Assembly (NCBI GenBank): GCA_963662275.1
Contig: OY759316.1
Coordinates: 2,400,001-2,464,000 of the forward strand
From: Candidatus Cloacimonadales bacterium
GTDB lineage: Bacteria > Cloacimonadota > Cloacimonadia > Cloacimonadales > DAONDQ01
DNA: 64,000 nt
Direction: 5' to 3'
Shown here: in pieces, positions 1-9,730 of the stretch
How the letters are laid out: each line of letters opens with the position of its first letter
Position numbering within the stretch: the stretch's first letter is position 1
Position numbers and translations under genes: made by a program
Notes under the pieces: generated by a model
Seen by the model: the letters and a program-made list of their open reading frames with translations, nothing else
What the model was told of the DNA's origin: nothing
Database searches by the model: none

Positions 1-862
1 ATTCAACGCATTCTGTTCCTTCTTCCATAATAGTAAGATCAGCAGTGAAGTTCGTATCCATCACAGCATCAAAACCTATAGTTTTCAGTGCAGCATACAT
101 CTTTCCGGGAGTAGCAAGACCAGGTTCCATGCCGAATTCTTCAGCTAGAGCCACACGGACTGCCGGAGCTTCCTGGACGATAACATGTTTGGTCGGGTCA
201 AGTATCGCTTCCCAAACTGCATCAATTTCAGAATTCTCACGAAGTGCACCAGTGGGGCAATATACAGTACACTGACCACAATTCACACACGGACTGTTTG
301 CCATACCAAGACCGAAGGATGTGTCGATATGCCCTTCCATACCGCGATCTGCAAATGTCAGAGCATAGACAGTTTGCGTTTCATTGCAAACCGTGATACA
401 GCGTCCACAAGAGATACATTTGTTATTATCTCTAATAATGGAAGGACTTGTTGCATCAATAGGTACTTTCACCAGGATGTTTGGTAACTCATCCGGATTA
501 GCACTGAGATTATTCGCCAGTTCCTGTAATTCGCATTTGTTATTAGCCGAGCATGTGGGGCAGGTTACTTCATGGTCAGAGAGAATCATTTCCACGAGTA
601 ATTTACGATAAGCTCGGAGTTTCTTAGTATTTGTTGTGACTTTCATTCCAGCCATAACAGGTGTGCAGCAAGCGCGTTTAAGAGCAGGATTTCCTGCAAT
701 TTCTACAACACAAATACCGCAATTCGCTGTTGGCGGTAAGTCAGGATGATAACATAAAGTGGGAATATGAATCCCATTTTTCTTGGCAGCTTCCAGGATA
801 GTTAGTTCTTCCTCAACTTGCAGTTCTTTACCATCTATCCATATATTGAATAACTTAGCCAT
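1..862 (-). CDS. hydA: [FeFe]-hydrogenase catalytic subunit (HydA/HndD type), N-terminal part; runs off the window
   Basis: Manual translation from ATG at 862 (SD GGAGG upstream): MAKLFNIWIDGKELQVEEELTILEAAKKNGIHIPTLCYHPDLPPTANCGICVVE...DHEVTCPTCSANNKC...CGQCTVYCPTGAL...APAVRVALAEEFG...DTNFTADLTIMEEG. This gives [2Fe-2S], His-ligated [4Fe-4S], ferredoxin motifs and the start of the H-domain. Absent from the ORF track because the stop lies outside the window. Confidence 0.95.
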   Translation of the reverse strand, partial: MAKLFNIWIDGKELQVEEELTILEAAKKNGIHIPTLCYHPDLPPTANCGICVVEIAGNPALKRACCTPVMAGMKVTTNTKKLRAYRKLLVEMILSDHEVTCPTCSANNKCELQELANNLSANPDELPNILVKVPIDATSPSIIRDNNKCISCGRCITVCNETQTVYALTFADRGMEGHIDTSFGLGMANSPCVNCGQCTVYCPTGALRENSEIDAVWEAILDPTKHVIVQEAPAVRVALAEEFGMEPGLATPGKMYAALKTIGFDAVMDTNFTADLTIMEEGTECVE

Positions 863-921
863 TCATTTACCTCCAGGATTGCTCCTATTTATTTTTGATA
901 TCAAGATGATCGAGTTCAGTC

Positions 922-2481
922 TTATTGAACTAATGCCAGGAATTCATCCTTGAAATGTTCAAAAGCACTTTGGATAGGCATGATTGGTGATTGACCCAAG
1001 GCACAGAAAGATGTTTGCTTCATCACTTCAGCCAGGAGTTCCATTTGATCCAAATCAGCTTTTGTTCCATTACCTTTCTTTATTTTGACGATTAAGCCAT
1101 AGAGTTCTTGTGTTCCAATTCGGCAAGGAGAACATTTACCGCATGATTCGTGTTTGAAGAATTTAAGAATGGAATAAAGCATATCTACGATGCTTGTATT
1201 TTCATTCATGACTAACACGGCACCCGAACCTAAAACTGCTGCATACTGATTCAGGCTGGTAAAGTCCATCTTCACATCAAGCATGCTATCCGGTAAGAAC
1301 ACACCAGCAGCTCCTCCTATGAGGGCAGCTTTAAACTTGATACCTTTCTTCATGCCACCACCATACTCGTTGATAATAGAACGCATGGTAGTTCCCATAT
1401 CAACTTCGCATAGCCCTGGATGAGCTACTTCACCAAGAATTGTGAAGACTTTAGTACCAGTGCAATCTGGAGTTCCACGTTTGGCAAAAGCCTCTGCCCC
1501 ATTTTTAATTATATATGGGACACTTGCTATTGTTTCCACGTTATTAACAACTGTAGGTTTCTTCCATAAGCCTTCAACACCAGGGAATGGCGGTTTCCAG
1601 CGTGGATTTCCGCGATTCCCTTCAAGAGATTCGATTAACGCAGTTTCCTCACCACAGACATAAGCACCGGCACCGATCTTGATATCGATATCAAGAGAGA
1701 AGTCAGTTCCGAATATGTTCTTACCAAGAAGACCATACTCATTTGCCTGTTTGATGGCATGACGTAGTCTTTCAATACACAGATTGTATTCACCACGAAT
1801 ATAAATATATGCTTTATTTGCGCCAATTGAATACGCACAGAGAGCAATACCTTCCAATAGCTTATGTGGGTCGCCTTCCATAATTAAACGATCTTTAAAT
1901 GTACCTGGTTCACCTTCATCAGCATTAATAACAACATACTTCTGATCAGTTTGGATAGGGGCTGTGAAGCTCCATTTCAGTCCTGTTGGAAAACCGGCAC
2001 CACCGCGTCCGCGGAGACCTGATTTCTTCACTTCGTCAAGAACTTCAAGAGGTTTCATTTTTAAAAGCGCTTTTTCGAGGGCTTCGTAACCACCTCTACC
2101 AACGTATTCATCGATATTTTCCGGATCAATCAGACCGGAATTATCAAGAACGATCCGTTCTGCATAATTCAATTTGGCTTCACCTTGAAGAGGTCCTTCA
2201 AAGACAAGACGCTTTAAGATACGACCTTTCAGGAAGTGTTCACTGACTAATTCGGGAATATCTGCAATCTTCACATCTGAGTAGAATGTGTTTTCCGGAA
2301 ATACAGTCAGGCATATGCCTTTACCGAAGAAACTCAATGGACCTGTTTCCAGGATATTGATTTCACTCTGTAATTGATGTCCTGTGATTTCCTTCCGAAG
2401 CTCAATTTCGAATTCCTTAGCACCGGCTGACAGGGAAGTTTCATTCATCCCAATCAAAATATGACTGCGATAGTAATTCAT
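922..2481 (-). CDS. NuoF/HydB-like flavin (diaphorase) subunit, copy 2; short form without C-terminal 2x[4Fe-4S]
   Basis: GLRGRGGAGFPTG, NADEGEPGTFKDR, GAGAYVCGEETAL, ESCGKCSPC...CALG. Confidence 0.93.
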   Translation of the reverse strand: MNYYRSHILIGMNETSLSAGAKEFEIELRKEITGHQLQSEINILETGPLSFFGKGICLTVFPENTFYSDVKIADIPELVSEHFLKGRILKRLVFEGPLQGEAKLNYAERIVLDNSGLIDPENIDEYVGRGGYEALEKALLKMKPLEVLDEVKKSGLRGRGGAGFPTGLKWSFTAPIQTDQKYVVINADEGEPGTFKDRLIMEGDPHKLLEGIALCAYSIGANKAYIYIRGEYNLCIERLRHAIKQANEYGLLGKNIFGTDFSLDIDIKIGAGAYVCGEETALIESLEGNRGNPRWKPPFPGVEGLWKKPTVVNNVETIASVPYIIKNGAEAFAKRGTPDCTGTKVFTILGEVAHPGLCEVDMGTTMRSIINEYGGGMKKGIKFKAALIGGAAGVFLPDSMLDVKMDFTSLNQYAAVLGSGAVLVMNENTSIVDMLYSILKFFKHESCGKCSPCRIGTQELYGLIVKIKKGNGTKADLDQMELLAEVMKQTSFCALGQSPIMPIQSAFEHFKDEFLALVQ

Positions 2482-2936
2482 TACTTCCCTCCTTTGATTC
2501 TGTCTATGATCTCTACAACACGGGAGTCGGTTAAATCACCATAAACATCCTGGTTGATCATCATGACAGGAGCATTTCCACAAATTCCAAGGCAAGCAGC
2601 AAGTTCAAGCGTAAATAAACCATCAGCAGTAGTTTCACCCGGTTTCACATGTAATGTTGTTGCGAGTTTACGCAGGATATTGTCAGAACCTTTCAAATAA
2701 CAAGGTGGTGATTCACAGAGTCTAATAATGTTTTTACCACGAGGTTTAGTGCTATACATGGTATAAAATGTCAGCACTCCATAGATATGATTTACAGGAA
2801 TACCCATGTAATTAGATATTTCGATAACAGCTTCTTCAGAGATGTAATGCTGTGGATGATTATCCTGGATTTCATGGAGAATGTAAATCAAATTATCTTT
2901 CGTTGGAGCATATTTGTCAAATATTTGGCGATACAT
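2481..2936 (-). CDS. NuoE/HydC-like [2Fe-2S] subunit, copy 2
   Basis: GVLTFYTMYS, CESPPC...CLGIC, APVMMIN; stop overlaps the next start. Confidence 0.93.
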   Translation of the reverse strand: MYRQIFDKYAPTKDNLIYILHEIQDNHPQHYISEEAVIEISNYMGIPVNHIYGVLTFYTMYSTKPRGKNIIRLCESPPCYLKGSDNILRKLATTLHVKPGETTADGLFTLELAACLGICGNAPVMMINQDVYGDLTDSRVVEIIDRIKGGK

Positions 2937-3021
2937 ACTCTCTCTCCTAAAAGGGAATAGTGATGGGTTGAATCGTTTGCATTTTGACGTTAAAATTCTC
3001 TGAACTCTTCATCATAACAAC

Positions 3022-4884
3022 CTAGAAGTGTTCTTCCGTTAATTTATCTATTTCATCTTGTTTTTGTTTTGCTGTGACATCCGAATGAATACCAGCAACC
3101 TTACTGACAGCCTTTACAGGGCAAACTTCCAAACAATTGCCGCATTTCACGCAATCCACTTGATGAATCGTGTACTTTTCATCACGACTTCCGCTGATAC
3201 ATGTAACAGGGCATTTCCTGGCACAAAGAGAACAACCGATGCACTTGCTTTTATCGATGTCGAAATGCATCAGATCAAGACATACTTTAGCAGGACAAGT
3301 CTTGTCATGTATATGGGCAATGTATTCATCCCTGAAATAGCGAATCATACTTAAAACAGGATTGGGACCAGTCTGACCTAAACCACAAAGCGAGAGTTGG
3401 ATAACAGTGTCACCAATTCTCTGCAATTCTTCAATATCTGAATCATTGCCATTACCTTGAGTAATGCGTTCCATGATGTCATACATCTGTTTCAATCCAA
3501 TTCGACAAGGAGAACACTTACCGCATGATTCATCAACACAGAAATCAAGGAAGTATTTGGCAACATTCACCATGCAGTTTGCATCATTCATGACGATTAC
3601 ACCGCCGGATCCCATCATTGCACCATTTGCTTTCAAAGATTCATAGTCAACTTTCACATCGAGATGTTCAGTTGTCAGACAGCCACCTGAAGGACCACCC
3701 AGTTGAACAGCCTTGAAAGTACCATTATTACTGATTCCACCACCAACATTGAAGATCAGTTCACGGAGAGTAATTCCCATCGGAACTTCTACGAGACCTG
3801 TGTTTTGAACATCACCAGTCAACGCAAAGACCTTCGTTCCTTTGCTGGTTTCTGTTCCCATGGAAGCAAACCATTCAGCTCCCTTACGGAAAATCGACTG
3901 TAAGTTGGCGAGTGTTTCCACATTATTAACCATGGTAGGCTGCTTCCATAAACCTTGAATGGAAGGATATGGTGGCTTCGGCTTGGGATGACCTCTTTCT
4001 CCCTCAATGGAAGAAATAAGAGCCGTTTCCTCACCACAGACAAAAGCACCTGCTCCAGCGCGTACTTCAGCATCAAAACTGAAAGCGCTACCGAAGATAT
4101 TTTGTCCGATAAGACCAACTTCTCGAGCCTGTTCGATGGCAAGTTTAATACGTTTGATAGCTAACGGATATTCAGCACGGATGTAGAAAAAGCCTTTGCT
4201 TGCACCTATAGCATAGGCAGCAATGATCATACCTTCCAATACCCGGTGAGGATCACCTTCTAAAAGGGAACGATCCATGAAAGCACCAGGATCACCTTCA
4301 TCACCATTACAAATCACAAATTTAGGCTCTTTCTTTACTTCAAATGTCAATTTCCATTTCAACCAGGTTGGAAAACCGGCACCACCGCGTCCACGAAGAC
4401 CGGAGCGTTTCACAACATCAATTGTCTGTTCTTGGGACATAGAAGTCAGAATAGTTCCTAGGGCTTCATAACCACCTGTAGCAATATATTCATCCAAGCT
4501 TTCGGGATCAATGTAACCGCAATTTTCAAGGGCTACTTTGACTTGCTGTTGATAAAATGGTATTTCAGGTGTTGTGGCAAGTTCATGTGAATCATCATCA
4601 TGCATCATTAGACGTTTTACGGGTCTTCCCTTCAGGAAATGCTCTTCCACAATCTCCGGTATGTCAGCAATTGAGACTTTCTTGTAGAATACACCTTCAG
4701 GATAAACCATCATCACAGGACCATAATCACAAGGTCCCATACAACCGGTTTCGATGATGTTGACTTCGGCTGAGAGTCCTTTTTCCTGGAGTAATTCGTC
4801 GAACTTTTCTTTAATTTTCAATGATCCGGCAGATATACATCCTGATCCGCAACAGATCAAAAGATCGATACGTTTTAAAGACAT
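3022..4884 (-). CDS. NuoF/HydB (HndC)-like flavin subunit, copy 1; N-terminal [2Fe-2S] and C-terminal 2x[4Fe-4S]
   Basis: CCGSGC...GCMGPC, GLRGRGGAGFP, GDEGDPGAFMDR, GAGAFVCGEE, GGPSGG, CGKCSPC, CIGCSLCARKCP, CVKCGNCLEVCP; ATG at 4884 preferred over TTG at 4890. Confidence 0.95.
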   Translation of the reverse strand: MSLKRIDLLICCGSGCISAGSLKIKEKFDELLQEKGLSAEVNIIETGCMGPCDYGPVMMVYPEGVFYKKVSIADIPEIVEEHFLKGRPVKRLMMHDDDSHELATTPEIPFYQQQVKVALENCGYIDPESLDEYIATGGYEALGTILTSMSQEQTIDVVKRSGLRGRGGAGFPTWLKWKLTFEVKKEPKFVICNGDEGDPGAFMDRSLLEGDPHRVLEGMIIAAYAIGASKGFFYIRAEYPLAIKRIKLAIEQAREVGLIGQNIFGSAFSFDAEVRAGAGAFVCGEETALISSIEGERGHPKPKPPYPSIQGLWKQPTMVNNVETLANLQSIFRKGAEWFASMGTETSKGTKVFALTGDVQNTGLVEVPMGITLRELIFNVGGGISNNGTFKAVQLGGPSGGCLTTEHLDVKVDYESLKANGAMMGSGGVIVMNDANCMVNVAKYFLDFCVDESCGKCSPCRIGLKQMYDIMERITQGNGNDSDIEELQRIGDTVIQLSLCGLGQTGPNPVLSMIRYFRDEYIAHIHDKTCPAKVCLDLMHFDIDKSKCIGCSLCARKCPVTCISGSRDEKYTIHQVDCVKCGNCLEVCPVKAVSKVAGIHSDVTAKQKQDEIDKLTEEHF

Positions 4885-4895
4885 TAACAAGCCCC

Positions 4896-5261
4896 TTATT
4901 TTTCAGTAGAAACGACGTAATCCGAGACAATCCTTCCGTTAACGATGTGTTCTACGACAACCTTGCGGACTTTATCAGGATTCATTGCACCATACGTAAT
5001 TTTAGGCTTTCCTTCTTCTACTATATCAACGATTGGTTCCATTGAAGAGAGACCCTTTTCTCCAGTTTGAGTAATTAGAACATCAGTCAGGTTACGGGTA
5101 GCAATCTCATCCAAGAAAGTCTTCATGACATCCCTAGCGCCCATTGCAATACCTGAAGTACCCATACCGACAATTACCTTAACTCGGTAATTGGACCCTC
5201 TGAGTTTCATTTCTTCTTGTGCTTTTTCCCGGATTTTCTTGAGATCAGCCAATGTTTTCAT
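4896..5261 (-). CDS. HndB/HydD-like thioredoxin-fold subunit lacking all cysteines
   Basis: VIVGMGTSGIAMGA...TQTGEKGLSSMEP...YG...VVEHIVNG matches the HndB pattern; positioned directly before the HndC-like gene. Confidence 0.85.
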   Translation of the reverse strand: MKTLADLKKIREKAQEEMKLRGSNYRVKVIVGMGTSGIAMGARDVMKTFLDEIATRNLTDVLITQTGEKGLSSMEPIVDIVEEGKPKITYGAMNPDKVRKVVVEHIVNGRIVSDYVVSTEK

Positions 5262-5833
5262 CAGATTTCCTCCATCTTCGTATTTAGTATTCCATTTTTA
5301 ATATCATTTTCTATATAGGTAATGACATCCGGATATGTAATCGGGATGTCACCCAATTCTTCCCTGATCGTTGCAGTTTTAAATTCGTATTCAAATGTAC
5401 CTATGTCCATTCTATGAAGCAGACGCACATCAAAATCTATTTCTGAGTGACCAATGATCGATCCTAGTAGTGTATCTGTTAAATTTCCTAATGGAATCCG
5501 GTCAATATTACTAAACTGGAATTCAGCGTATAATGAAGTTCCACAGCCGGGTGTGCTTTTCATCATGAAGCATCCGTTCCACTGTTCAACATTTTGTTTA
5601 AAAAGTGGAATACCTAAACCAACCTTCTTAACACGTTCCAGTTTACTCGTATAAAATGGGTCTTGTGCTCTGGCAAGTATTTTTTCATCCATACCGATTC
5701 CATCATCACTAACCATAATCTTCATCCGATCTTTCAGTTCATCCACTTCGATAGATATGATGATCAGTTTGGATTCTGCACGTGATGAATTCTCAATAAT
5801 ATCCAATAGATGTAAAGATAAATCCTGCACCAA
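5261..5833 (-). CDS. HATPase_c (histidine-kinase-like ATPase) protein of hydrogenase operons
   Basis: LLDIIENS, DDGIGM, DPFYTSK, GLGIPL, GCGT boxes. Confidence 0.88.
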   Translation of the reverse strand: MVQDLSLHLLDIIENSSRAESKLIIISIEVDELKDRMKIMVSDDGIGMDEKILARAQDPFYTSKLERVKKVGLGIPLFKQNVEQWNGCFMMKSTPGCGTSLYAEFQFSNIDRIPLGNLTDTLLGSIIGHSEIDFDVRLLHRMDIGTFEYEFKTATIREELGDIPITYPDVITYIENDIKNGILNTKMEEI

Positions 5834-5843
5834 TCACCAACAG

Positions 5844-6338
5844 CTACTTGGTATCCATATACTTGGCAAGAATCGTCTTGATCTTATCACGTGTATCTAC
5901 ACGCCCAAAAGTATCTTCACCAATGACAAAAACCGGTGCCAATGAACAGGCGCCAACACAACGGACAGATGTCATTGTAAACTGATTATCCGGTGTAGTT
6001 TCACCCATACTGATTCCCAATTCATCAGAAATCATCTGGATGAGCCTTTTCGCACCTTTAACAAAACAGGCAGTACCTTCACAAATATTAATTACGTTCT
6101 TACCTCGAGGTATCATTGTGAAAGCATTATAAAACGTAACAACGCCATATATCTTACCAACAGGAATGTCTAATTCCTGAGCAATATAAATTTGAACTTC
6201 CATGGGGAGATACCCGAAGATTTCCTGAGCTTTGTGAAGTATCTCGATTAGAGGGTTCTGCAATTTCCGTTTTTCATCAATTATTACTTTCAATTCCTGG
6301 TATAAAGGATTGTCGTATGTACTCTTGTCCGACATCAT
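5844..6338 (-). CDS. NuoE/HndA-like [2Fe-2S] subunit, copy 1
   Basis: GVVTFYNAF, CEGTAC...CVGACSLAP. Confidence 0.93.
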   Translation of the reverse strand: MMSDKSTYDNPLYQELKVIIDEKRKLQNPLIEILHKAQEIFGYLPMEVQIYIAQELDIPVGKIYGVVTFYNAFTMIPRGKNVINICEGTACFVKGAKRLIQMISDELGISMGETTPDNQFTMTSVRCVGACSLAPVFVIGEDTFGRVDTRDKIKTILAKYMDTK

Positions 6339-7105
6339 TCCTCCTGCTTTATATTTATAGTATCTATTTCATTCCAGATTCTTCTGCCTTGCATACCTTC
6401 ACAAGCCATCCGTATTTCATTTACCGTTGGATGTTCAAGCCAGAACATCGTATAACCGGAGCCAATATCTGTCAAATAATGCGCATCTGAACTTCGGATC
6501 AAGGCATATTCTTTTAAATATGGATATTGCTTCAATAATTCATCTCGTTTCGCATGAGCTGTTATTCCAACAGCATCAAGTTCCAAGTCTGTTGGAATAA
6601 ATCCCAATTGACCAATAATACTGAAAGTATGGGCATCTACATGTGCCGGAAAAACAAATCCGTGATAAGCATGAATCTTATCAATGGCTTCTTCCAATGT
6701 CCATATCGAAGAATTTAACAGGGCACGTTCTTCGCAGCGAATAATATTCTCGTCAGCATCGATCACTACCTGGTCACCAAAATACTCAGGATCATTAGGT
6801 ATGTTCAATAGTGAATTATACAAGTCACTATCAAAACCTTGGACGTCTTCCCTATCATCAAACAAAGCAATCAAATGAATTTCCTCAGTTGTCTGAATCT
6901 CTACTCCACAAATGAAATTCACATCTTCTTTTTCAGCGACCCTATGATAAGCTGGACAGTTTGCCATGATATTATGATCAGTAATAGCAATTATATCCAG
7001 TCCTAATTCCTTCACTCTCCTGATGAGTGATGCAGGTGACATCTCGAGTCCACCGCATGGTGAGAGAACTGAATGAATATGCAAATCGGCTTTATACCAC
7101 CGCAT
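6335..7105 (-). CDS. PHP-domain phosphoesterase
   Basis: ADLHIHSVLSPC, IAITDHN, GVEI..EEIH, PAHVD, SSDAHY. Confidence 0.92.
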   Translation of the reverse strand: MRWYKADLHIHSVLSPCGGLEMSPASLIRRVKELGLDIIAITDHNIMANCPAYHRVAEKEDVNFICGVEIQTTEEIHLIALFDDREDVQGFDSDLYNSLLNIPNDPEYFGDQVVIDADENIIRCEERALLNSSIWTLEEAIDKIHAYHGFVFPAHVDAHTFSIIGQLGFIPTDLELDAVGITAHAKRDELLKQYPYLKEYALIRSSDAHYLTDIGSGYTMFWLEHPTVNEIRMACEGMQGRRIWNEIDTINIKQEE

Positions 7106-7131
7106 GCTTACCCACCTCCCTCATCAAGTGC

Positions 7132-7482
7132 TTATTTGTTCTGATGAAGGATCAAATAAAGAATGCCAGCAATTTCGAAGGCAGGCATATCACTACAAAA
7201 CAAATATATTCCTTCTTCTATGGCTTTCTTTACGACGATATCATCAGGTTTGCTGTCTTTCGCAAAAATAATACAGGGTATTCCGGTCATGGAAGCGACA
7301 GCAATCACATTCAGGTGTTTCATGATCGTAATCCAGACCTGGCGTGGCTGAGCAGAACCCATAACATCACTTAGTAAATCTGAAACATAACCGCCTTCGA
7401 TCATATAATGTGAGATATCAAGGCTAGGCGTCATTTTCGTTCCGGTTATCGAATCGAGGAATAAACTGAGTCTTATGCCCAT
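7132..7482 (-). CDS. DRTGG/HPr-kinase-N-like domain protein
   Basis: GGYVSDLLSDVM, WITIMKHLNVIAVAS; operon context. Confidence 0.8.
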   Translation of the reverse strand: MGIRLSLFLDSITGTKMTPSLDISHYMIEGGYVSDLLSDVMGSAQPRQVWITIMKHLNVIAVASMTGIPCIIFAKDSKPDDIVVKKAIEEGIYLFCSDMPAFEIAGILYLILHQNK

Positions 7483-8781
7483 TTATTCATCTCCTTTTTT
7501 ATTTTCATCTTCTAAACTCATTTTACGTAATAGGACAATACAATCTTCCACTTCTGCCTTGCCTTGGACAATATCCTCTGCAAGCGCATAGCAAGTAGGT
7601 GAACCACATGCAGAACAATTTAATCCTGGTAACTTGATAAGAATTTCATTGAGTTTCTTCATTTTAGTAATAGCTTGTTTGAAATCTTTATCCAGTTCCA
7701 TGATTGATCGTTGTTCCAAGGGCTGCACTGTAAAAGCTCCCTTCTGGTTCAGGGAAGTAAATTCTGAAAAATCTATTTCTTTATGAGGAGCACTCTTCAT
7801 CATTTTTTTTATACGGCTCATGGCTACAAAAGGATTCTCAACATTTAGCACGCCACCTACACAGCCATTTGTGCAGCTTCTAAGAACGATATAATCATAT
7901 TGATCCAAGTAATGATCCTCTACTTTGGAGAGGATTTTGATGACATTGTCTATTCCATTAACTGATAGTGCACGAATATCTTCTGCATCAACAAGATCTG
8001 CTTCTACACCGGATAATGCCCAGGATAGTCCATTCTCATAAGTATCAATATTACCATTAGGTAAGTTATTCCTCTTCAGCTTTTCCCGAACTTTTCCGTA
8101 AATCATGCCAATAGAGAAAGCCCCATCCTGGAGACGTTTGTATGTTCCTTCAGGCTGATGGACGGCAGTCACTTGCGCAATACAGGGAACAATCAGAAAA
8201 ATACCAATATCCTGGTCTGGAAGATTTGTATTTCGTTTTGCTCTTTCCCTTAGATATTGCGTAAGAATACTCATAGGAGCTTCAACATGCAGTAAATTAG
8301 GCAGGAGTGAAGGAAATTTAACTTGGATGAGCCGTACGACAGCCGGACAATTGCTTGATAGAATGGGTCTCACTTCAGCACGATTCTCCCGTATGTATTC
8401 CCGAATCAGGGAGATCATGAAATCAGTAACGAAGGCTTCTTCTGCGACTTCATCAAAACCGAGGCTTAGAAGAGCTTTCTTTGCTGTGGGATAGGAAATA
8501 TCTTCAGTAAATTGTCCTCCGTATGAGGATGAAATAATGGCGATTTTATGTTTGAATTTCTGAATGATATCCAGTGAATCGGAGTTAGGAATTATTGCAT
8601 GGAAAGAACAACTGGCGACACATTGACCACAGTCGATACACCTATTGGGATCAATTTCTGCTATTCCATGACGAACCCTAATGGCTTCTGTAGGACATAC
8701 TCTCACACACGCTGTACAGCCGGTGCACAGTATCGGTGTGATGTGAATTGCATGAAAATATTTCTTAGGTGTTTCACTCAT
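7483..8781 (-). CDS. [FeFe]-hydrogenase-like Fe-S protein, putative sensory/regulatory type with divergent H-cluster motifs
   Basis: N-terminal 2x[4Fe-4S] (CTGCTACVRVCP, CIDCGQCVASC); SSNCPAVV, VPCIAQ, RSCTNGCVGG; C-terminal FeS motif LPGLNCSACGSPTC...C. Confidence 0.85.
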   Translation of the reverse strand: MSETPKKYFHAIHITPILCTGCTACVRVCPTEAIRVRHGIAEIDPNRCIDCGQCVASCSFHAIIPNSDSLDIIQKFKHKIAIISSSYGGQFTEDISYPTAKKALLSLGFDEVAEEAFVTDFMISLIREYIRENRAEVRPILSSNCPAVVRLIQVKFPSLLPNLLHVEAPMSILTQYLRERAKRNTNLPDQDIGIFLIVPCIAQVTAVHQPEGTYKRLQDGAFSIGMIYGKVREKLKRNNLPNGNIDTYENGLSWALSGVEADLVDAEDIRALSVNGIDNVIKILSKVEDHYLDQYDYIVLRSCTNGCVGGVLNVENPFVAMSRIKKMMKSAPHKEIDFSEFTSLNQKGAFTVQPLEQRSIMELDKDFKQAITKMKKLNEILIKLPGLNCSACGSPTCYALAEDIVQGKAEVEDCIVLLRKMSLEDENKKGDE

Positions 8782-8801
8782 TGATTATTCAGCTTCTTTA
8801 T

Positions 8802-9293
8802 TTAATAAAAATAAATAATGATTTCAAGTTTCGTAGGCTTACCTTTTTCAGATTTCAGATGCATCACATCTGAATTCTTTTTGATATTGGGTAATCCAAG
8901 ACCTGCGCCAAATCCCATTTCTCTCACTAATTCATCTGCTGTAGAAAAACCAGGTGTCATCGCCTGGTCAATATCCTCAATACCCGGACCGGTATCATTA
9001 AAAGTAACATAAACAAATTCCGGATATATGTAACTCTTCATCGTCCCACCCACTGAATGAGCAGCAACATTAATCTCTGCTTCATAGGCAGCGATAGCGA
9101 TTCGACGTAAAATTTCGGGGTTTACACCAATCCGTTTGAGAACATTCTTCAATTCCGCAGAACCCTTGCCCGCATTCGTGAAATCCTTTTCAGCAATTTC
9201 AAAATTCAGGCTCATCTCCGGTTCGGGAGCGTGCATAAAGAAAGTTCTTGCTTCTTCCTGGTGTTCTTCCTTGATATTCCAGTATTCTGCCAT
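8802..9293 (-). CDS. Anti-sigma-factor-like Ser/Thr kinase (RsbT/RsbW-type HATPase)
   Basis: AAYEAEINVAAH, DTGPGI, GFSTA, GFGAGLGLPNIKK. Confidence 0.88.
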   Translation of the reverse strand: MAEYWNIKEEHQEEARTFFMHAPEPEMSLNFEIAEKDFTNAGKGSAELKNVLKRIGVNPEILRRIAIAAYEAEINVAAHSVGGTMKSYIYPEFVYVTFNDTGPGIEDIDQAMTPGFSTADELVREMGFGAGLGLPNIKKNSDVMHLKSEKGKPTKLEIIIYFY

Positions 9294-9300
9294 ATACTAA

Positions 9301-9648
9301 CTAAATCTTACAGCTTCTTAAACCGGAATTATAAAGAAGACCACTGGAACGATACATGGTCATCTTCGTAGAAATGAGCGGTAAATCTCTTTCTTCAGCC
9401 ATTTGAATCAATTCATCCGGAGGTATTTTACCACGTACGAAAACAACTGCCAGTAAATCGATCATATCCGCCAAACGAATGACTTGTGGATTTGTTAAAC
9501 CCGTTAACAGCAAAGTTGCTTCCTTCGTACACATCAGTATATCGCTTATCAAATCAGAACTGAAAGCGCAGGGAATTTCCTTATCCAAATTCACATTTGT
9601 TGAAAGAACTTCACCCTCTAACAGCTCAACCAGTTCGCTGAGTTTCAT
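9301..9648 (-). CDS. DRTGG-like domain protein, first gene of the hydrogenase operon
   Basis: MKLSELVELLEG...AFSSDLISDIL...LLTGLTNPQVIR...VFVRGK; ATG at 9648 fits the family start better than 9726. Confidence 0.8.
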   Translation of the reverse strand: MKLSELVELLEGEVLSTNVNLDKEIPCAFSSDLISDILMCTKEATLLLTGLTNPQVIRLADMIDLLAVVFVRGKIPPDELIQMAEERDLPLISTKMTMYRSSGLLYNSGLRSCKI

Positions 9649-9730
9649 ACACAATCCTTTTTTTGTATTTGTTTTATGCACGAGATTCGGTTTGAAACAA
9701 ATCGTCAAGGATTTTCGATGTTGCATCTAT

